Origin: Psammoneis japonica
Lineage: Eukaryota
Assembly: GCA_008632985.1 (NCBI GenBank)
Contig: QPGO01000091.1
Span: 1 to 64,000 of the forward strand
Reading direction: 5' to 3'
Length of the DNA: 64,000 nucleotides
Part shown: one piece after another, positions 61,159 through 64,000 of the stretch
Numbering within the stretch: the stretch's first letter is position 1
Layout: every line of letters begins with the position of its first letter
The notes under the pieces: model-generated
Database searches by the model: none
Seen by the model: the letters and a program-made list of their open reading frames with translations, nothing else
What the model was told of the DNA's origin: nothing
Position numbers and translations under genes: made by a program

Positions 61159-63552
61159 ATGAGCATTGTCAACTTCAGCTCCGTTGGGTCTCGCGCAGAG
61201 CTGGCAAAAGCTCTTGGTGTGCCTGAAGGTGCACTGGACTTGGTGTCATTCAGCGAGTCCCCTTGCAAGGGCACGAGAGGCGACAGCAATTGCATTCACC
61301 TGGCAGTCTGTCAAAATCAGGGATGCTGTGTTGTTCATGGCTATTCTTGGTGTCCTCGTTTGACCGACAGGAAAGGAAAGCCGAAAGAAAAGAGGGGCGA
61401 CGCGGCCATCTGCTTCTTGGGCTCAAGTTCCTGCCACGACACAACAGCCAATCTGTGCCCGCCGCTTGCTGCTGTGAGAACCCAATCTGTGAGGGCATTG
61501 GGTGCTCTCATTTTGGTGTGTTTCGTCTTCCCGCCGGCCTTGCAGACAAAAAGCCATTCTTGCGAAAGATGGGAGTTTCAAATGAAACCATCAAAAAGTT
61601 GCTGGAGAATGCAGATGCGTTGCGACATGCCCCTTGGCACCTACACTGCCACAACCGGTGTCGTGGAGAAGATGGGAGATGGAAGATTCAGGACCGTAAA
61701 GAATGTCGAGATGGAGACAAATTTGTGCATCCGTTCCCGCCTCCAAATTGCAGTCCGCAAGAATGCATCAACGAAGTGAGGAACCATCACTCGGTCATGG
61801 AAGGAGTTGCGCTGCCACAGGCAATGCATTGCCGGGTTGGGCATCCAAGATGGCAGCCATGCAAGCAGGAAATGGGCAGCCACTCCGTGCAATTAATGGC
61901 GCCAAAAGTTGGGATTCAAAACGAACTCCAACAACCGGCAACGACAACCAACTGCACAAACGTCAGGCGGTTGACCCGGAAGAGCATGAGCGCATCAAGG
62001 AGGAACTCCGTCTTGTAAAGGCAAAGCTTGAAAGTGCATTAACAAGGAACAAGGAGGCAGAAGCTGTGATGGAGATCAAGTGTGGTGAACTCCGAATTGC
62101 ACTCGAAACATCAGACAAGGAGAAAGAGAAACACAAGAAGCAAGCCATCCAGAACATGGAGAATCTCATGGCGACAAAAACAATTCTCTCTCATGATGAT
62201 CTAAAGCCTGGAGGCTTGTTGGGGGGGTTTGTTGGGGACTGCACCTGCTTTCCTGCATTTAAATGCAACGAAGCCTTCCTGGACTTTCTTGGTCATGGCG
62301 AAGCATGCGATCCCGCGACGGCTTGTGTGAGAACATCAGACGGCACTCCAGGGTCAGCTGGGAAGAAAGGAACGGCAAATCGTGAGAGAGACAGAGCAGT
62401 GCAGGAGAGTGGCAATGAGTCAGATTTCTGTGTGCCGCTGGATGATTCAATGGGCGATGGTGAAAATTTTGAGAACTTGACCGAGGATGAAAATGTGGAC
62501 CCGAAGCATGGCGGCAGCCGCGAGGGCAGTGGGAAGAAATGGCTCTTGTCTTGGAAGATGGAGTGGCTTGTCTACAATGTGCGCGCTCATTGCGGATTTA
62601 CCATGCGACAAATTTGTCCTTTGTTTGGCATGGGGGCACCGGGTCTAGTCTCTGACATGGCACATGGTTGGGCGAACCTGTTGAACGATGCACTCGCTCG
62701 CCTCTTTCCAACACCAACACGGAGTCAAATGTTGCGAGCACATCCTGTGAGTGTGATTCGCAAATTTGGTCATGCCCTCATCTTCATGCTTCTAGACGCA
62801 ACTGAAGAAGGTGCCCAAAATGCATCAATGAAAACAATGAACTCTGCGTTGTTTTCGGCATGCAAGCATGGATCAACTGTAAAGTGGCTAGTGGGTTCAG
62901 ATCCAATTGGAACAACATGGCACAAGTCGACACCAAGAGGACACCCTGGTGGCATCAGTGACCCGGCACAGACAATGGTGACAAAGATTCTTGATCAAGT
63001 TCCGTTTGGGCATGCAGTTGAAGTCGACAAAGGATTCCTGACAGACAACGACTGTGCCATGAAAGGCATCATTTGCACTCGTCCTCAGAAGAAACTGGAC
63101 AACCAAATGCAGCAATCGAAGGCGGACACGGCTTTGACGCAGAAAGTTGGCAAAACAAGAATCCCAACAGAACAAGCCAATGGACAAATGAAACAGTCCA
63201 CTCATTTTTCAACGACAAGATGAAGTTGCTGCAACTTGGATTGGCGGACGTCATGTTCCGTGTCGGATGTCTCGCGCAGAACTTCAAGGTTGGTTTCATT
63301 CAGGAGCAGGATGGAAGGAACGACCAAGAGACTGGGAGGCCTTGTTGTGCAGAGATTCGACATTGCGGAGGGGAAGACAGTGGATCAGTGGACGTGAGAC
63401 CCAATGTTGAGCTTCGGGGAACGGAAAAGGAGATCGAGCGGTGGCAAGAGATTCGAGAAAAAAATGAGGAAATGACCGATCTGGAAGTGTCCGAGAAAGT
63501 TCTAGCTGAGGATTGGCCAGCAAAGCTCAAGGGTGAACTAGACTCACTGTAA
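61159..63552 (+). mobile_element. PIF/Harbinger-ISL2EU-type DDE transposase with possible THAP-like N-terminus, decayed
   Basis: LLDATE, FSACKHGSTVKWLVG, GGISD, VDKGF, RIPTEQANGQMK (DDE_Tnp_4 pattern with Y->C/H); upstream CxxxxC..FRLP..H. Confidence 0.85.
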
Positions 63553-64000
63553 TGTTTGTGATGGTGTGACATTTAGTTCTCCGAATCGGCACCCAGATGT
63601 CGCGACGATCCCGCAGTTGTGCGCCAAAATCCCAGCGCGTTTTGCTCAAGCAGGTGTCACTTCAAAAAGATTTAAAATTATGACACAATCAACAGCTGGA
63701 ACATCATCTACAGAACAAGAGCTTTCTGATGATGTTGCTTTTATTTCCATGCCCCCAACAGATCCGAATTCTCATCCACATGTCCTGCCGACCCCGCACT
63801 TGCGCGCCACAAAATCCCAGTGCGTTTTGCTCGAGCAGGCATTGCTTCAGCAAAAACTGGAATTACAGCACAATCAATGGCAATGACATCATCTGAGGAA
63901 ATGACTGATCTGGAAGTGTCCGAGAAAGTTCTAGCTGAGGATTGGCCGGCAAAGCTCAAGGGTGAACTGGACTCACTGTGATGTTCATGATGGCGCAACA
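63465..64000 (+). repeat. 107-bp direct duplication (63465-63571 / 63894-64000, cut by the window end)
   Basis: Exact alignment apart from 7 dinucleotide sites. Confidence 0.95.

Overview
Eukaryotic genomic DNA, most likely a diatom (spliceosomal introns, ASAFAP-type plastid presequence, diatom-type sulfotransferase-like genes). Two kinds of sequence alternate with sharp borders. (1) Ordinary host gene islands (~24.5-27.8, ~44.6-46.6, ~48.2-61.0 kb) encode a membrane protein, a Tubby-C/LURP1-like protein, DUF1772, GT90, three sulfotransferase-like proteins, an At5g03900-like plastid protein, SNF8/Vps22, RBBP5 and EAPP. (2) Transposon-derived blocks (1-~24.5, ~27.8-44.6, ~46.6-48.2, ~61.1-64 kb) have lost almost all TpA dinucleotides. 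TA has become TG/CA alongside CG->TG/CA, turning conserved Tyr into Cys/His and erasing TAA/TAG stops, which is the reverse of fungal RIP. These blocks hold a decayed Helitron RepHel gene (STPR repeats, HUH Rep, PIF1) next to a chromatin-related cargo (divergent histone H3, SET, RING, possible Ulp1), a Plavaka/CMC-like transposase fragment and a Harbinger/ISL2EU transposase. They also hold three divergent copies of an uncharacterised protein with a TET/JBP-like HxD motif followed by an HhH-like helical region. All assignments are by-eye motif recognition; no searches were run.
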